Below are positions 25,056 through 40,077 of a stretch of DNA of 64,000 nucleotides, piece by piece (the stretch's first letter is position 1; each line of letters starts with the position of its first letter). The DNA lies in assembly GCA_951406725.2 (NCBI GenBank), contig OX597821.1:70122001-70186000 (forward strand), written 5' to 3'. The notes below the pieces were generated by a model that saw only the letters and a list, made by a program, of their open reading frames with translations, was not told where the DNA came from and searched no databases. A program made the translations under genes and the position numbers. This stretch comes from Octopus vulgaris. Taxonomy: Eukaryota.

Positions 25056-27007
25056 GTAATTATGCATTGACATTTAGGGCTTATAAAGCTAATATTTTCC
25101 TATCCTTCTTTAATACCGGTTCCCATATGCTCTTCATATCTGCACTCGGTTTGATTCGGAGGTTGTGTCCTGTGGGATGAAGTTAAAATAATATAGACCA
25201 CCATTGGGAAATACGGAAACTGAAAGAAGCAGCGCAATTAAACCTTTTTTTATATTTTATTTGTTTTAGTCATTGGACTCCGACCTGCTGAGGCACCGTT
25301 ATGAAGGGTTTTAGTCTAGAAAATCTACTAAGTTGTTAATGTCTGGTTCTTATTCTATCGGCCTCATTTGCCCAACGGCTAAGTTAGAGAGACGTGAATA
25401 TAACAACACCGATTGTCAAGCAGTGTGACCGGAGACAAAATAAAGACATACATACATACATACATACATACATACATACATACATACATACATACATACA
25501 TACAATCATACGTGTGAGTACGTGTGACATATCTGCGGCTGAAGTCAGCTTTGCCCATCCTACTTTCATAACGAATAAATAAGGTACCAGTCATGTAGTA
25601 AGGTCCATTTTTCTGTATCTGGAAAAAAATCTTTTGCTCTGACCAGAACTAGAGAGGGATATAATTCACTAGGTCTATAAACACACGACAGTCTAAGCCT
25701 CTGCATAGTCTGTCTTGGGTCTTCTAGCACGCCCCGGGAATTGGAGACCAAAGCAAGGTATATATGCGCAGTTTCGGGCAACTTGAAGATGGCTGAATAC
25801 TGAGCTAAAAACGTTGTATGCTAAATGGAGGAGCGATTACAAGCGTGATTTCAACAAGAGAACATGCGATTTTATTGTTCTTCCAAGCCGACGCGAGCGC
25901 CTCCGCCTGTTCAGTTGCGCTCCTAGAAACAACAGCCACAGCCTTAAAACACACTTTGCCATCTTAAAGAAATAAAAGGTTACATTGCATAATGTTTATA
26001 GTCTTCATTAAATTACTACCGAGAGATGGGTAGAATCTGCTGACTGCGATGCGTTTGGTCACAAATCTTTTGTCCAATCGGAGCCCGACGTTTTGTAAAA
26101 CAACAGCAGCAGCAACAATTAAAACAATTATTTTTATTATCATTAACAGTATTAACCCTTACGAACAATATCGAAATATCTAACCAGTTTTCCTAACCAT
26201 CATCATCATCATCGTCATCCTCAGCAGCAGCAGCAGCATCGCTGTCGTCGTCTCGTCATCATCGAATTATTTCTACTCTTCGCCTCCTTCTCTCTCAAGC
26301 CACCGTCGACGATGGCTCCCGCGTCATCGTCGCTGCCCTTTGCGACATCATTAACTTTCATCATTAACATCATCATGAAATTATAATGATGATTAAAACA
26401 ACAACAACAACAACAACAATAAATCCGATGGCTATTGGTTGTAACAATGAGATCGATAAATATGTGTGTGTGTGTGTGTGTGTAGTATGTATGTATGTAT
26501 ATTCCCATTTGTATTATCATCATCTGGTCTTTTTGTTTCGCCATGTTCCATCTTATTGAACAACGCTAACATCAAATGACGCTGTGTTGTTTAATGTTTG
26601 TTGGATAAAACTGATGCCTGTCTTCGTCTTTATCTCGCGCATACTTGTGGCCAAAGTTTACAACATATAAAACGCACAAAAGCCGAACACCTTAGCATCT
26701 CAACCTCAATATAATTCTTCCCTTCTTCTTCTTATTCTTCTTCTTCTTCTTCTTCGCCGTCGTCGTCGTCGTCCTTGTGTTCTTATCGCACCAAATTATC
26801 ATAACAATGAAAAACAGGCGATCGTAATAAATAATAGCACTCGTAAAATCAGTACTAAACATCGCACACACTTATACACACATACGTATCACCTCACAAA
26901 CATTCCGCGCACATACATAAACAATTAAACAAACGCGCATATAGGTACACGCATACTTATTCCCATATGCTCACAAGAGAACACAAGTGACCAGGCGTGG
27001 AAATATG

Positions 27008-27061
<54 letters not shown>

Positions 27062-27419
27062 TACAGTCGCATATTTATACACATTAATAATCACATATAC
27101 GTGCATACATGCGGGCTCACAAACACAAACTCGTAATCACACATTAACATTGAATCAAAGACATACCTAAATATATGTATGACTCTTTTTCAATGTTAAC
27201 CTACGGACCTACACATTCACTCAGATATCTGTCAGCCTCTCTCATTGCCTTTCTTTTTGTCTATCTATCTGTCTATCTGTCTCACTGTATGTCCTTCTGT
27301 CAGTCTGTCTGTCTATATATCTACCTAGCTATCTGCTTGCTTGTCTGTCATGTAGCTATCCATCCATCTATCTATCTATCTATCTACTTATCTACCTACC
27401 TACCTACCTACCTACCTAC

Positions 27420-27489
<70 letters not shown>

Positions 27490-28669
27490 GTCAGTGTGTA
27501 CCGGCCAATCTGTCTGCCTATGTACCTATCAACCTCCTTATCTATCTGCTTCATCTTGAAATCCCTCACTTAACCTATCAATTGATCTACCTATTTTTCT
27601 GCCTTCTTGTAAACATATTTGACTCACTCCCTTTTTTCTTACTCACTTCTTCTCTTACTTCACTTTCGTTTACTGGTTGATCCTTTTGTCTTCCTCCGTT
27701 TCGCTCTTGAAATTTCTACATTTTTACCTCTCTGTTACTCAATTGTGGATTACTGGTTTTCTAATTATCATCAATTGTTATTTTATCTACATCTTTCTTC
27801 TTTCTCGAATATTACCAATATTTCTATCTTCATCATACTCAACCTAATCCCATATACATATATTCCCTTTTCTCCATACCTGTCTATTAACTTCACTTTT
27901 TTCTTCCTAGATTCAACATATTTATCGTTTACATTTCCCATCATCTCTATATAAGCCACCTTTTAAGCATTCTTACTCTAATTCCATCTTTTAGAACTGA
28001 CCCCCTATCTCTTCCTTATCTCGAATTATTATAACTCTCGGTCTCATTTATTTTACATATCTCATTACTACCTGATTGCTTTACTTTATTCTTCTCTCCC
28101 CGCGCTCTCTCCATGAGTCTGTTTGCCAGTCTCAGTATCCATTTGAGAGCGTGTGTTAGAGTTTGTCTGTCTGTCTGATTATCTATCTATCTGTCCATCT
28201 GTCAATTTGTCTGTCTGTCTGTCTGTCTATCCATTTGAATCTGTCAGACAGTCAGTCTGATTGTCTATATGCCTACCTCATCATTCTGCCGTCTTCTTTT
28301 ATATTTTCTTCTTTTGTTGTTGTAGATGAGTTTTCATATTGATTTTGTCTTGGACAGTCGATTCACTGTATTCTATTCTTCTGACGCAATTATCTAGTCT
28401 GATGTCATGAAATCGTTGCATTTCTACATACATTCTCACATACATATATACACAAACACATATCTGTGTGTACATACACGTATATATATATATATATATA
28501 CATATAATAAATATATATACATACATAATTACCCTCTGCTGTTCTGATCACATTTATCAAATGGAAATTCTTCCTTTCTTTGAATATAACGAACATTATT
28601 GTAACAATATTCCACCTAGAAGTAGAATTCATACATACATACATACATACAATACATACAATACATACA

Positions 28670-28726
<57 letters not shown>

Positions 28727-29099
28727 ACATTTACCTATTCACAGATCATTCATTTACATCAAATTAAAATCAGTCACTGACTATATATTGATTATTGATA
28801 ATTCACGCGCGCACACACATACACACACACTCGCATATACACATGTATGTATGTGTGCTTGTATATATGTTTATATGGATATTTATATATATATGTATAT
28901 TTATATAAATGTCTGTATGTATAGGTGAAATAAATTTTAATGATGCTTTGTCGCTCGCAGAACCATCAGGATCTACTCAGAGGCCTTTCAAGCCCTTCTA
29001 ATCTCATTGCAATGATAGAAACCCTGTATTATCAGCAGACATGTCAGGCTCACAAGCTTTTCTCACCTTATCCTGTACGCTTCACTTGAGTGGAGCAAC

Positions 29100-29745
29100 A
29101 AGGACTGAACTAGTCTTCATCAAGTGAAGAGTTTCCCTTGCGGACTTTTATCAACCACAGCCATCTTGATCCAGTTTCAGCTGCCGTGGCTTGGTTTTCT
29201 TCAGTTGTTTGGGTTCCTGACCTATCTTCTGCAGTAAATAGCACACTAACCGAGGCAGAAAACTGCGGCGGCCGACTTCAGTGAGGAATGAGGCCATATG
29301 CCAACCCTAGATAAGGGCCTCGCCGACTAAGTCTTGATATTTCGACTCCTTTACCGAGTCTGTCCCGCTAGGGCATTGTGCGTTCAACCGCGATGACTGT
29401 TTTTGTATTCTTGAGCAACAGGAATATGTCTGGTCGGAGAGATGTTGCCACTCTCTTTTCTGGAAAGACAATTCTGCTCTAAGGTCCACCTGCATCATTC
29501 AGTCTCAGACTAAACACAGATTAGGCAATGTGTCGCTTTCCATCTTCGCCTTGAGAACTTTTTCTCGTTCCTTTGCGATTTTGATATCCTCTGGTGGCGG
29601 TGGGTGGTGTTTATTATCTTTCACCCTTTGCAGATTAGTCCACTCGGTAATTTCTGCAAGAATCTTGTCACGTCTCCCCTTGTATCGGCTTTCTCCCGGT
29701 GCTCTTGGATATCCGTTCAAAATGTAGTTCAGGGTGCAACGAGTT
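29100..29745 (-). mobile_element. R2/Hero-like LINE 3' relic (restriction-like endonuclease)
   Basis: ILNG.P.A..ESRY..R.DKIL, MQVDL..LSF..VATSLRPDI, KESKYQDLV, EVG.R.F, AE.GSRWLW. Confidence 0.7.
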
Positions 29746-29760
29746 GTTCTGTACTGCTTG

Positions 29761-29796
<36 letters not shown>

Positions 29797-29940
29797 TACA
29801 GTAATCTAGCGAAAACTTTGGAAGGAATTGCATTACTGTTGCACATATGTTGTGTCTCAACCCGTTATTGCTATCTGTAATCTTATGATTTAACGCTGTG
29901 TTGCTGTCACACATACTTATGTAATATATATATATATACA

Positions 29941-30317
29941 TTATATTAAATTAGAGATAAAACCACTATTAGGCAAATCATACAATGAAAAACTTAAGCC
30001 AATACATAAGATTAATTCATTTATATTATTTAAATATATATCAAAATTATTAAAAAAGATAATTAATATAACACTACGATCGTTTGATGGCTGTTCAATT
30101 CTTAAAATTTTCGAGTTACAGTCATTCTTCAGGTGGTTTACATATTTAACTTGGCGAGGTTTAATCAATGAAACGATCGTAGTGTTATATTAATTATCTT
30201 TTTTAATACTTTTGATATATATTTAAATAATATAAATGAATTAATCTTATGTATTGGCTTAAGGTTTTCATTGTATGATTTGCCTAATAGTGGTTTTATC
30301 TCTAATTTAATATAATA
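29941..30317. mobile_element. Fold-back PLE-like element with hammerhead (30071-30137, minus)
   Basis: Arms ~29941-30086 / ~30170-30317; cac-CTGAAGA-atgactgt...acagccat-[c]AAAC-gatc-GTA-gtg; the right arm keeps GAAACGATCGTA. Confidence 0.75.
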
Positions 30318-33300
30318 TAATATTTTACTATAAAATTGGATTCAATCCTAAATCTGATTTTTCCCTGTAAGTTTGGATTTATTCCATAATATTTTATTAT
30401 TAATATATATATACATATATAAATCCAAATAAGGGGAGAAAGAAATCTTTTAACACACTTTTAACGATTCGCTACAATTGATTCTGTGCGCAATATTCCA
30501 AGTGAAAATTTACGTAACGTTTGAAGTTGAAGACATTGGAGTGCTACTTCATCAAACATGCATCAAAAGTGCGCTCTCACATTGTGCGTCTTCCAGATAT
30601 TGTTTTTGCTGTCTTTCTTTCTTTTTGCCTATATCAGGAGGAATCGAAAAGTTATTTGGATTACAGTTTACTCTTCGTTACACCCACACAATGGGTAATT
30701 TAGGTATTAGTCTGGAATTCGACGACGAAGATAGCCCAGAACTCAGGTTTAGTGATTCCCCATAAATACCCTAACTTTATATCATACCAGGACCTAGGTG
30801 TATATATATATATATACATACACGCACACACACACATACACACACACACACCCGCACACACACACATGTATATTTACATAACTCCCTACACATCATATAA
30901 TAATGACGTCATAACTGATGACGCTGATCTCTGATGAGACTGCAATCGTCCAGGCTAACTCTTCAAAATTTTAAGCACCAAGAGAAGAACTATATACCTG
31001 ATACATTTATCAATGACTTCCTGTGTACAACGTGCTGAGTAATTTCAATCGAGTGATAAGAAAAGATAATTTCTTGATAACCAGAAGACACGCAACATAA
31101 ATAACAATATATGAAAAGCAAGGAAACTGGTGGCCGCCAGGATGTGCAATAATTAGGCCATAGAAATGTTCGATAACTTACATCAAATTCTTTTATCGAT
31201 CACATCTATAGCACTTTTTTTATTTATAAACAGTCTGAATAAGAGATCAAGCAGGCTTCCAAACACGCTGTTTAAATTCTCTAAATATATATAAAGTATA
31301 TCAGTCAGAAAGAAATACCTTTAAGGAACCATTAAGTAATCATAATATTATTATAAAAGAAATTTTTTAAATAAAAAAAATTAACACCTTTACAAATTAT
31401 AAGAATCTGATTCTTTTTCTCTCCATGAAACAGAAAATCGCAACAGAAATGGCTGGATTTGCTCTATCTAGACACAAATAGAATTAGCGCCGTAAACGAG
31501 TCGAAAAATAGCGCACATTCGTGAGATCAATTAGAGGTTCTGCTTCATTGCACTTTTTGCGTCTCTTTCCTCCAATTCTGTCGCCTTCGGACCAGCTGAT
31601 GTTCAGGAGGTTGAACTCACCAGAAATACATTAATGCCTTCATCTAGTTTTGTTGGTACATTTTTTTTTCACTGTAAGGCTTTCCTGAAATTTACCATCG
31701 CGATTTGAGGCATCGTATGAGCGATATAATGTCTATATTACTTGTATGTATCAAGTTCTTTTACATGCACCATGAGTGTGTCGCAGACAGAATTTGAATG
31801 TGACAACAAGGTCAGTGGTAAGACATCTTAGGAAACGGATTCGTTCTCTATGTAGTGTTGTGTCTCCCAAGATATAGACAAATACCATTAAGAGAACATA
31901 GAGAGATATGCGAGGAATCTCCAACCGAACTTCAAACTGTTTCCTACATGTTAATGCAATGGTACAACTTCTGTACAACATCGGTTAAATAAAGAGATTA
32001 CAGTCATTTAAAAATATCAACCTTACCTGAATATAGACTCATAACCACTTTTTGTCTATGTAAATATTTTAATTCATGAATATATCTTTTTTTAATATAT
32101 GTATAACCAATATACTTTCTAAAAATGCTTCTTATAATAATAATCGCTGGTTACTTCCTCTAAAATATATTTACCTCCCGATTCATTTACAACATAATGG
32201 TCTTCCTTCTAACGTGGAATGAAAATTTATTATGATAGCATGAAATTATAATACTACGAGCTACATAGTTATGATTAGCGTAAGCGAAACCGGGCGACTA
32301 ATGCAATTTTATTTCATAAAAATATATACAAATTTTGCAACATAAAATTTCTGTGTATCTCCCTTCATTTACACACACACACACACACACACGCACATCA
32401 CGTTATATGTGGTCGACAAGGCTATTGGATGTTGTAATACACCGCTGTCACAATGCCCTTTGCATAATTTTAGCTTTCAGTTGATGCCACCCCGGTGGCT
32501 AGATGAACAGGCTAACATTCCTCTTGATGGGAAAGCCACTCCATAGCCGAGACATCCATTTACAGTTGAGTGGACGGAAGCAACGTGAAATGAAGTGTTT
32601 TACCCAAGAATACAACACGCTGCTCCATCCGGCTATCGAACCCAAGATCTAGCAATCGTGAGTGCAACGTCCTAATTCCTAGGTAGGTCACGTACTTTCA
32701 CATATCTATCTATTTATCTGTTGTCTTGCTCAAAGACACAACACATAGCTCGGTCCGGGAGTTGAACTCCATGCCTCATGATTGTGAGTCCGACACTCTA
32801 ACTACTGAGCCATGCACTTTCATATACGTATGTATGTATGTATGTATGGATGGATGGATGGATGGATGGATGGATGGATGTACCTTTGTTTTTGTTAGTT
32901 TTACGTATTTATTGATTATTTGTTTGTCATTCCAGACTTACTACACCAATTTTTCCAGCCATATTGTCATTGCGAAGAGGAAAATTTAGAAATTGAAAAC
33001 CCACGACGTGTGAGAAATTTGAGACTAAGGATAAAACAGGAAGTGTATTTGAAAATTATGCAATAAAAAATATATGAAAATATATTGCCTGTTTTCCTCG
33101 TGTTATCATAAACTTTCCGCTTCCCTCATCAGCGTTTACTTTATTAATACTTGTTAGTTAAACAGTATGTGTGTGTGTGTGCAAGTATGCGGAAAAAATT
33201 TTTTCGTTAACATTATACAATGTATTGCCTCTTAATTTTGCTCGTTTCCGATGTTTTCCTCTGAGTCCCATGGAGTTTATTAAAAACAGTAAAGTTCCGA

Positions 33301-34591
33301 AATCCAGGCTCACCGTTTCTAGCCTTTGGTGAAGAAAATAGAAAACTAATGCAGTCATATTTATCATGTGTGTGTGTGTGTGTGTAAGCTTGTGTGTTTT
33401 TCCGCATGTTTGCATATACATATATAATTATACAAACACACACAATATATGTAGTGAAGAATGGAAAGTTCTCTATACACGTGGGATGCGTATATAAGAA
33501 AGGAAAGAAATCTAAGATTCACAGAAAGTTTGTATAATAAAGTTTATGGTGATATTAGGATCATAATAATTTGTAATGATAAATTTTATTATACAAACTT
33601 TCTGTGACTCTTATATTTCTTTTGTTTCTTATATATATATATATATATGTGTGTGTATGTGTGTGTGTGTGTATGAATATATATGTAGGTATATATATAT
33701 AAATATGTATGCATCTGTACACACAGTATGTATGTTGAGAAACACGTGTGTGTGTGTGTATGTGCGCGCACACATGCATATAAACAAAATGCGAAGTTTC
33801 CCTTTAGTGCATAAATTTAGACTAAAAACGGTTACATACATATAATAGTTACATGCCGGCTTAGAAGCACATATACATAAATACATGCGTAGAGACTTAC
33901 ACAGATTCTTAAACACTCAAATGTGCTTTTTCTTTACATAAACATATACACACATAAATACGCGCTTAAATAAAACAATAAAATGCCACGAATTCAAAGA
34001 AAAAATAAAAATCTCAAAAATTATCAACTCTAAGACAATAAACAAAACACACTCAGACTTCGAGTTTTTCCTCCCCATCCTTCCTCGAACTAGAACCAAG
34101 CACAAAACAAGTAAACTTAAAGAATAGCTAAAATAAATTAATAGATATATAAAATAATATATGCGAAAACTGAAAGACAATTTTGCGGATTACAATAAAA
34201 CATGCAGATTTTTGTGAAGAGTTATAGCATTGCCTGAGGAGGGTCAAGACTTGAAACGTAAAACAAACATCATCATGATACAAAAGATAGGAGAGAAATA
34301 AATGAAGTTCTGTTTACTGTATAGCTTAATGTGTGAAGCTATATAAGCAGCCTGCAACTGTTCGTTTGTTGTCTCTTTGGAGTTGGTTGTCTTCTTTGAA
34401 AGTTCAACTCGTTGATTTCTTTGGCCTGTCTTCTTTGCCGTCTTTCTTCCATTTCTCTCTCTCTTTTTTTTCTTTTTTGACGTGCTAAAGTGGGAGAAAT
34501 GGAAAATTCTGTCTGTTTCTGTATCTATCAGAAACTATCTATGCCTTAATGATATATGTGTCTCTGACTCCCCATTTATTTTCTCCTCTCC

Positions 34592-34648
<57 letters not shown>

Positions 34649-34854
34649 TGAAATGGATAAATGAATTATCTTGTTACGGATTATTCAAAATTTAACCGAT
34701 ACCTGGGTAGCAAAAATCACAACAGAGAAAACACGGTTGAGGTTACGACCATGGGGTGTCGCAACCGTGCCTTAGCGCGGATAATTGAAGTTTTATATAT
34801 TCAGTGAAGGGAAGAAATGGAGCTGAACGAAGATTCTACAAAATTCCTTTTATT

Positions 34855-34940
34855 ATTTTCTACACATGTTTCAAAGGCTGCAAATTTCCAAATTCGGATT
34901 GAATAAGGAGACCATTTTGCAGCTTTCTCTTCAGGAAAAT
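34855..34940 (-). ncRNA. Type I hammerhead motif (family of 12466-12551)
   Basis: attttc-CTGAAGA-gaaagctgcaaa...tttgcagccttt-GAAAC-atgt-GTA-gaaaat. Confidence 0.75.
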
Positions 34941-35030
34941 CCAGGAATTTAAATCTCCAAAACAAATGCGCAGCAAGCTATTCGAACAAAACGCTCCCTA
35001 GAGCCCATGGTAAGGCACAAAACTGTCTCT

Positions 35031-35078
<48 letters not shown>

Positions 35079-36084
35079 GAAATTTATAGAAAAACAAGAG
35101 ACGAATAGAGGTGTATGAACAACAGGCAAGTATATTAGTTTGTCGCTCGGGAAAAATGAAAGTCTTTTACGGTTCGAGCTTATGCTCTTCAACAGAAAAG
35201 AAGAAGAAATAAGTAGAGAAAGAATGAAGAAAACGTGTAGGGTTCAGCGGTCCAGCATGTCGAGTGATTGGGAAAAAAAGTGGTTGTAAGAAAGGGAGAT
35301 AACAGTAGTGCTACTGATCCCAACAAGAGGTGTGCATGTTTGTGTGTGTGAGTGTGTGAATAGGGGCGAATGACTCTGACGTGTATGTTAGTGTATGTGG
35401 ATGCGTGTTGTGTGTAGCAGCTGATGCCTGCTTTTTCATGTGGTGTGTGTACAGGTGTATGTGTATATGACCAGACAGTGTGCATGTGTATGGTGTATGT
35501 ATGTGGGCGAAAGTTATCTTTGTCTATGAGTATTGCATGTGTTAATGCGTGTTGCGTGTGTATGTATATATTGTCTGTTTAGGTATAATGTGCTTGTATG
35601 GAAGTGTGCATAATGGTGTGTGGTGTGTGTACTGAGTTAAACAGTATGTGTGGCTGCTCGTATAGTGGTATGTGTGGTGACGCTATTGAAGATGGTGTGT
35701 AGATGATAGTATGTGGATATGTGAACGATGGTGAATGGTGTGGGTGCTGATAAGTGGTCAGTGTTAGTGTGTGTAGAGTGGTGTGGGGGTGGTATCAAAT
35801 GAGGAGAGGAGATGAGGTTGGTGTCAGATGAAGAGACGAGGTGAGTTGAGCACACGTGGTGCAAGGAATTAATATGTCACTTAGGCATAGTGAGACTAAT
35901 AACCTGGTGTAGAATTCATTATACGTATGGTCCCAGAATGCAATATTATATGAATATAGACAGGGGTAACAGTAAACAAAGAGATGACACTGGAAGAAAC
36001 CAAATGTTATGTAAGGAACTTCAGTGGCTTACTGTTGTTTCTGCTGTAAGATGTGGTGGACTCTTAGTTTACTACCAAGATAAA

Positions 36085-36365
36085 CATAGCTTCCTCAGAG
36101 CCTTGAAGAGAAAGTGCACTTTATTTGGGAAAGTTCCAGAAAATACAGGCGTTGCGAGTGAGAAAGTTCATGCTGATGCCTATATTCGCATGCTTTTTTC
36201 TAACTTGGGATCGAACTTTCCATAACCATCAACATAAATGTTCTCACTCGCAACGCCTGTATGTTTTGAAAATGTAACTTTCCCAAATAAAGTGCTCTCA
36301 TGCCAGAAACAGCTGTAAGCTAATGAAATTCATTACATAACATTTGGTTTTTACTGTTTCATCTA
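36085..36365. mobile_element. Fold-back copy of the 2150-2400 element family
   Basis: GCACTTTATTTGGGAAAG..ATACAGGCGTTGCGAGTGAGAA with its reverse complement at 36240-36296; hammerhead halves on both arms. Confidence 0.7.
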
Positions 36366-37279
36366 CATATATATATATAGTGTGTGTGTGTGTGTGTTTG
36401 TGTGGAGGGTGTATGGCCCCAGCGGTGAGGGTGTTGCCCTCAAGATCACAAGGTGGCGGTTTCAGTCCTTGACCGCGTGTTGCATTGTATTCTTGAGTAA
36501 AGCACCTCAACTTATGTTGTTCTGCGATCACTTGGACAGCTGACTTGTAGCTCGAAGTGGACCACGCTTGTGAAAGGACCCTGAATGAAGGTGTATGGCA
36601 AAATATCGTGGGTTGCATACGTAACTGCACACACTCTATGCTGCGAGAACACGTGTCGGTAATTTTGAACTAAAGACGCTGTATAATTAACTGTTAAATT
36701 AAAAGATGTGAAGATGTACCAGCCGCCGTACTCTTTTAATTGTTTTGGATTTACACTCCTGAAAATATTCACAATTCAGCAAAAAGAACTCGGATTTACT
36801 CATCTGAAGAATTATATTGGGATTACTCACTTTAAGCGATCTTTGGTGCTTCTTACTACTTGATGTGGTTAGCCGTAACTTCAACTATACCTGAGAGCTC
36901 TTACAGTATACACCTGGATAATTTATCCCGATATATACATCACATTATACTAGTTTCCCAGTTACAAAATCAGAAATTGTATGACACTATTTTTTCTATA
37001 TTGCAAGCGAGGTAAAATACTACTATGACTAGCAAACGAGTGCCCACCACCGACGAGATCCTATTAGATCAAAATCATGTGATCTGGGGGTCTTGAAGCT
37101 AGTGTGGCTTGCAATAAATATACAGTGCGAGAAGCGCACAGATAAACCAGCTGGAGATGTCTTCCTGCGGTTAAATGGTAGTATAGTCGTCTCTTAGCGG
37201 ACAGCAGCAGGCATTAAAGCGGCCATAAGCAATACTATATACATATATACATGCATACATACATACATACATACATACA

Positions 37280-37310
<31 letters not shown>

Positions 37311-38826
37311 TAAAATGTACGTGTGTCTGTTTATGTCTTTATGCATGTGTACATTCATGCAAAGAAGCGGTGGATATAGAAAGTGTCGCAACATCCGCAT
37401 GACACTAATTGGGAATGTCCCGCAAGGTCTGTTCTGATCACATGTGCAAAATAAGCATACGCACGTATTATATATATATTTTGTATGTATGTATGAGCGT
37501 TTGTTCCGTGTCTATCTGATGAGCTAAAGATTATAATATTTAACGAGTTTTCTCAATTCGTACGTTATTCGGCTTCTCGAATAGGGCGAATGTGTATGTA
37601 GGAGTTTTGTATTACCTAATGGAAAAATTCTTACAGGAAACCTTGTGTATCTTAGAGAATAGTACGGCATTAGATGACACAAACATGGAACATTATTGAT
37701 ATTATTATCGCTATAATAAGGTGTTATATTCTAATGATATATGGTCAGTAAAAGTACAGTATTGTACGGCAAATTTTGTTGAATATTATAAATTGTTAAG
37801 TGTTTGTGCTTTTCCAAAGTCACATTTTGGGTGAAGGGTGAAAGGATTGCAATATGGCCCCTGCCTCACTTGACCCAGGATGTGACAGTAGGGGGAGAAA
37901 CGATTACATCAGCGTTGGACAGGTGACTGGTGGTTTATCTAACCAACTCGAATGAGATGAGGAATGGCAAAAGTGACAAATGGATTTAGGATTTTAACTG
38001 AGAGAGACTCGAAACAAATATATCGGAGACTACATATACGCGCGCACACAGGCATGCACGCGCTTACGTGTGCGTGTGCATGTGCGTGCGTGCGTGTGTG
38101 GGTGATGTATGTTCGCACACATACACACACACTCGTCTAACTCAAACCACATCTACTGTTTTCTATCGCTCTCTCTCTCACTCCTTCTCTACCTGTCTCA
38201 CGGCTTTTCTTGTCTTCATTATCTCATCCACAACACACATCTTCGTAACTGTCTGAAATTTACTTTCACTTCTTTCTCTCTTTCGTTCTTCCGTTCTTTA
38301 GGGGTTTTTTCTGCTTTAAAACTCATTTCATGACTCCCAAAGTATGGCTTCTCTGTAAAAATAATAAATATTAAAAAATAACAACAAAAGAAAACAAATT
38401 AATTGATCCCTTTATGGCTCAAAGAAGCAAAGTATGTCTTTTGGAAGAAAATACGAGAGAAAGAGAGAGAGAGAGAGAGACAGACAGAGGGGTAGGGGGC
38501 CACGTGGCTTCTTTAATGTAACCCCAAACAAAACGAAACAAATTACATGGAGCCCTCAAAAGATAGAGAGGCAGAAATAACAGCTGCTTTGATTTCTGGC
38601 AGACGACAACAACATTGTATCTATGCAAGGAAACAACAAATGCACAACTGAGACAATATCGACAGAAAGTATCTTCTGTGGCGATGGCAGATATGGAGAG
38701 AGTAACCTTTCGGCACATCCAAAGTGCAGTGAAGTTTACTGTAGATATATGTGTTCCTCTCTGTGTGTGCGCTTGCATATGTGCGTGTGTTGTGTTGTGT
38801 GTATGTATAATATAGGTATATATACA

Positions 38827-38931
38827 TACGAGAGGTGTGTGAAAAGTCTTGAACCTCAAAAAACTTAAAACATGGTACAAAACTTCAAGGCTCAAAGGCC
38901 TTGAAGGCTCATAGCTTTTCATACACCCATC

Positions 38932-38935
<4 letters not shown>
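38827..38935. mobile_element. Tc1/mariner-type MITE
   Basis: TACGAGAGGTGTGTGAAAAG ... CTTTTCATACACCCATCGT terminal inverted repeats. Confidence 0.65.
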
Positions 38936-38998
<63 letters not shown>

Positions 38999-39096
38999 AT
39001 CAAAACATGAAAAAAAAAAGAGAAAACACAACAACGCGAGGACGTGGAACAAGTATAGTGTTATTGGACGCTCAGGAAAGGAAAGAAAGAAGGAGG

Positions 39097-39131
39097 ATTT
39101 AACGTTTCGAGCGGAGCTCTTCATCAGAAAC
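39097..39131 (-). ncRNA. Minimal type I hammerhead motif
   Basis: gttt-CTGATGA-a-gagc-tcc-gctc-GAAAC-GTT-aaat; sister copy 60534-60568 (+) has a decayed core. Confidence 0.8.
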
Positions 39132-39493
39132 ATAGGAGAAGGAAAGATCCATGGAAGGGAAGACAGAGGAAAAAAATCGCCAACGATACACACGCGGTCA
39201 CATTTATATATATATATATACCGGAGTAAAAACATAAATGTGAAACAAGGTGGGGAAAAGAGTACTCAATTACCAGAAGGAGAGTAATATGCTTTATTTC
39301 AAAGCAGCAGAAATATTTAAAAAAATTCAATATAATTTTTTATAATTTATATTGAATTCATTTATTTGTTTATTTTGTTTATCGCATGCTTAAGAACGTT
39401 ATTTGAAAGGACGAATGAAACAAATCCATTTTCAAAGGTGTATCCTTTAACTAGTTTTGATCAAATTGTTATTTCTGTTTTATTTTAACAAAA

Positions 39494-39531
39494 CTGTCCG
39501 ACGAACGGGAACGTGAAACTCTGAGTAACAG
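39494..39531 (+). ncRNA. Type I hammerhead motif, U4C core
   Basis: ctgt-CCGACGA-acg-ggaa-cgt-GAAAC-tctga-GTA-acag. Confidence 0.7.
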
Positions 39532-39548
39532 CTTTTCTTATATTTCTG

Positions 39549-39607
<59 letters not shown>

Positions 39608-39615
39608 TATATATG

Positions 39616-39646
<31 letters not shown>

Positions 39647-39649
39647 GTA

Positions 39650-39763
<114 letters not shown>

Positions 39764-39766
39764 GTA

Positions 39767-39813
<47 letters not shown>

Positions 39814-40032
39814 ATATATATAATGATAAATATCAAAGTGAGTTATATACAGTAGCGGTAACACATCGTGACGTATTTTTGCCATTTCAATATGGCTAAC
39901 CCCTAAGGGTGGATGCTACTGTAGTTTTTAGCCCCAGGAGGACACACTCCTCCAGCTGGCCATAGACACACTTTCTGTGTCCTGTCAGTATTTGCAAAGG
40001 GAAGTCATCCTTCCCGTCTTCAACTTATGATA

Positions 40033-40077
40033 CACACGGACTCGAGTTTCGAGGTATTGACCTCTCGTCAGCGTGTG
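40033..40077 (-). ncRNA. Canonical type I hammerhead ribozyme
   Basis: Reverse complement of 40311-40355. Confidence 0.9.

Noticed and set aside
25778-25822. TTGAAGA-tggct...agct-AAAAACGTT hammerhead-like string
   Set aside because: C3 and G12 both missing, stem I imperfect, no second copy to support it
26100-26800. GC-richer CAG/CAT/CGT tract and ORF 26221-26544
   Set aside because: Mixed trinucleotide microsatellites; no domain or splice evidence
34230-34266. CTGAGGA-gggtc-aa-gactt-GAAACGTA
   Set aside because: Core and stem II fit but stem I cannot form; not counted as a ribozyme
39895-39912. Telomere-like TAACCCCTAAGGG
   Set aside because: Single imperfect unit inside the fold-back element; no tandem telomeric array
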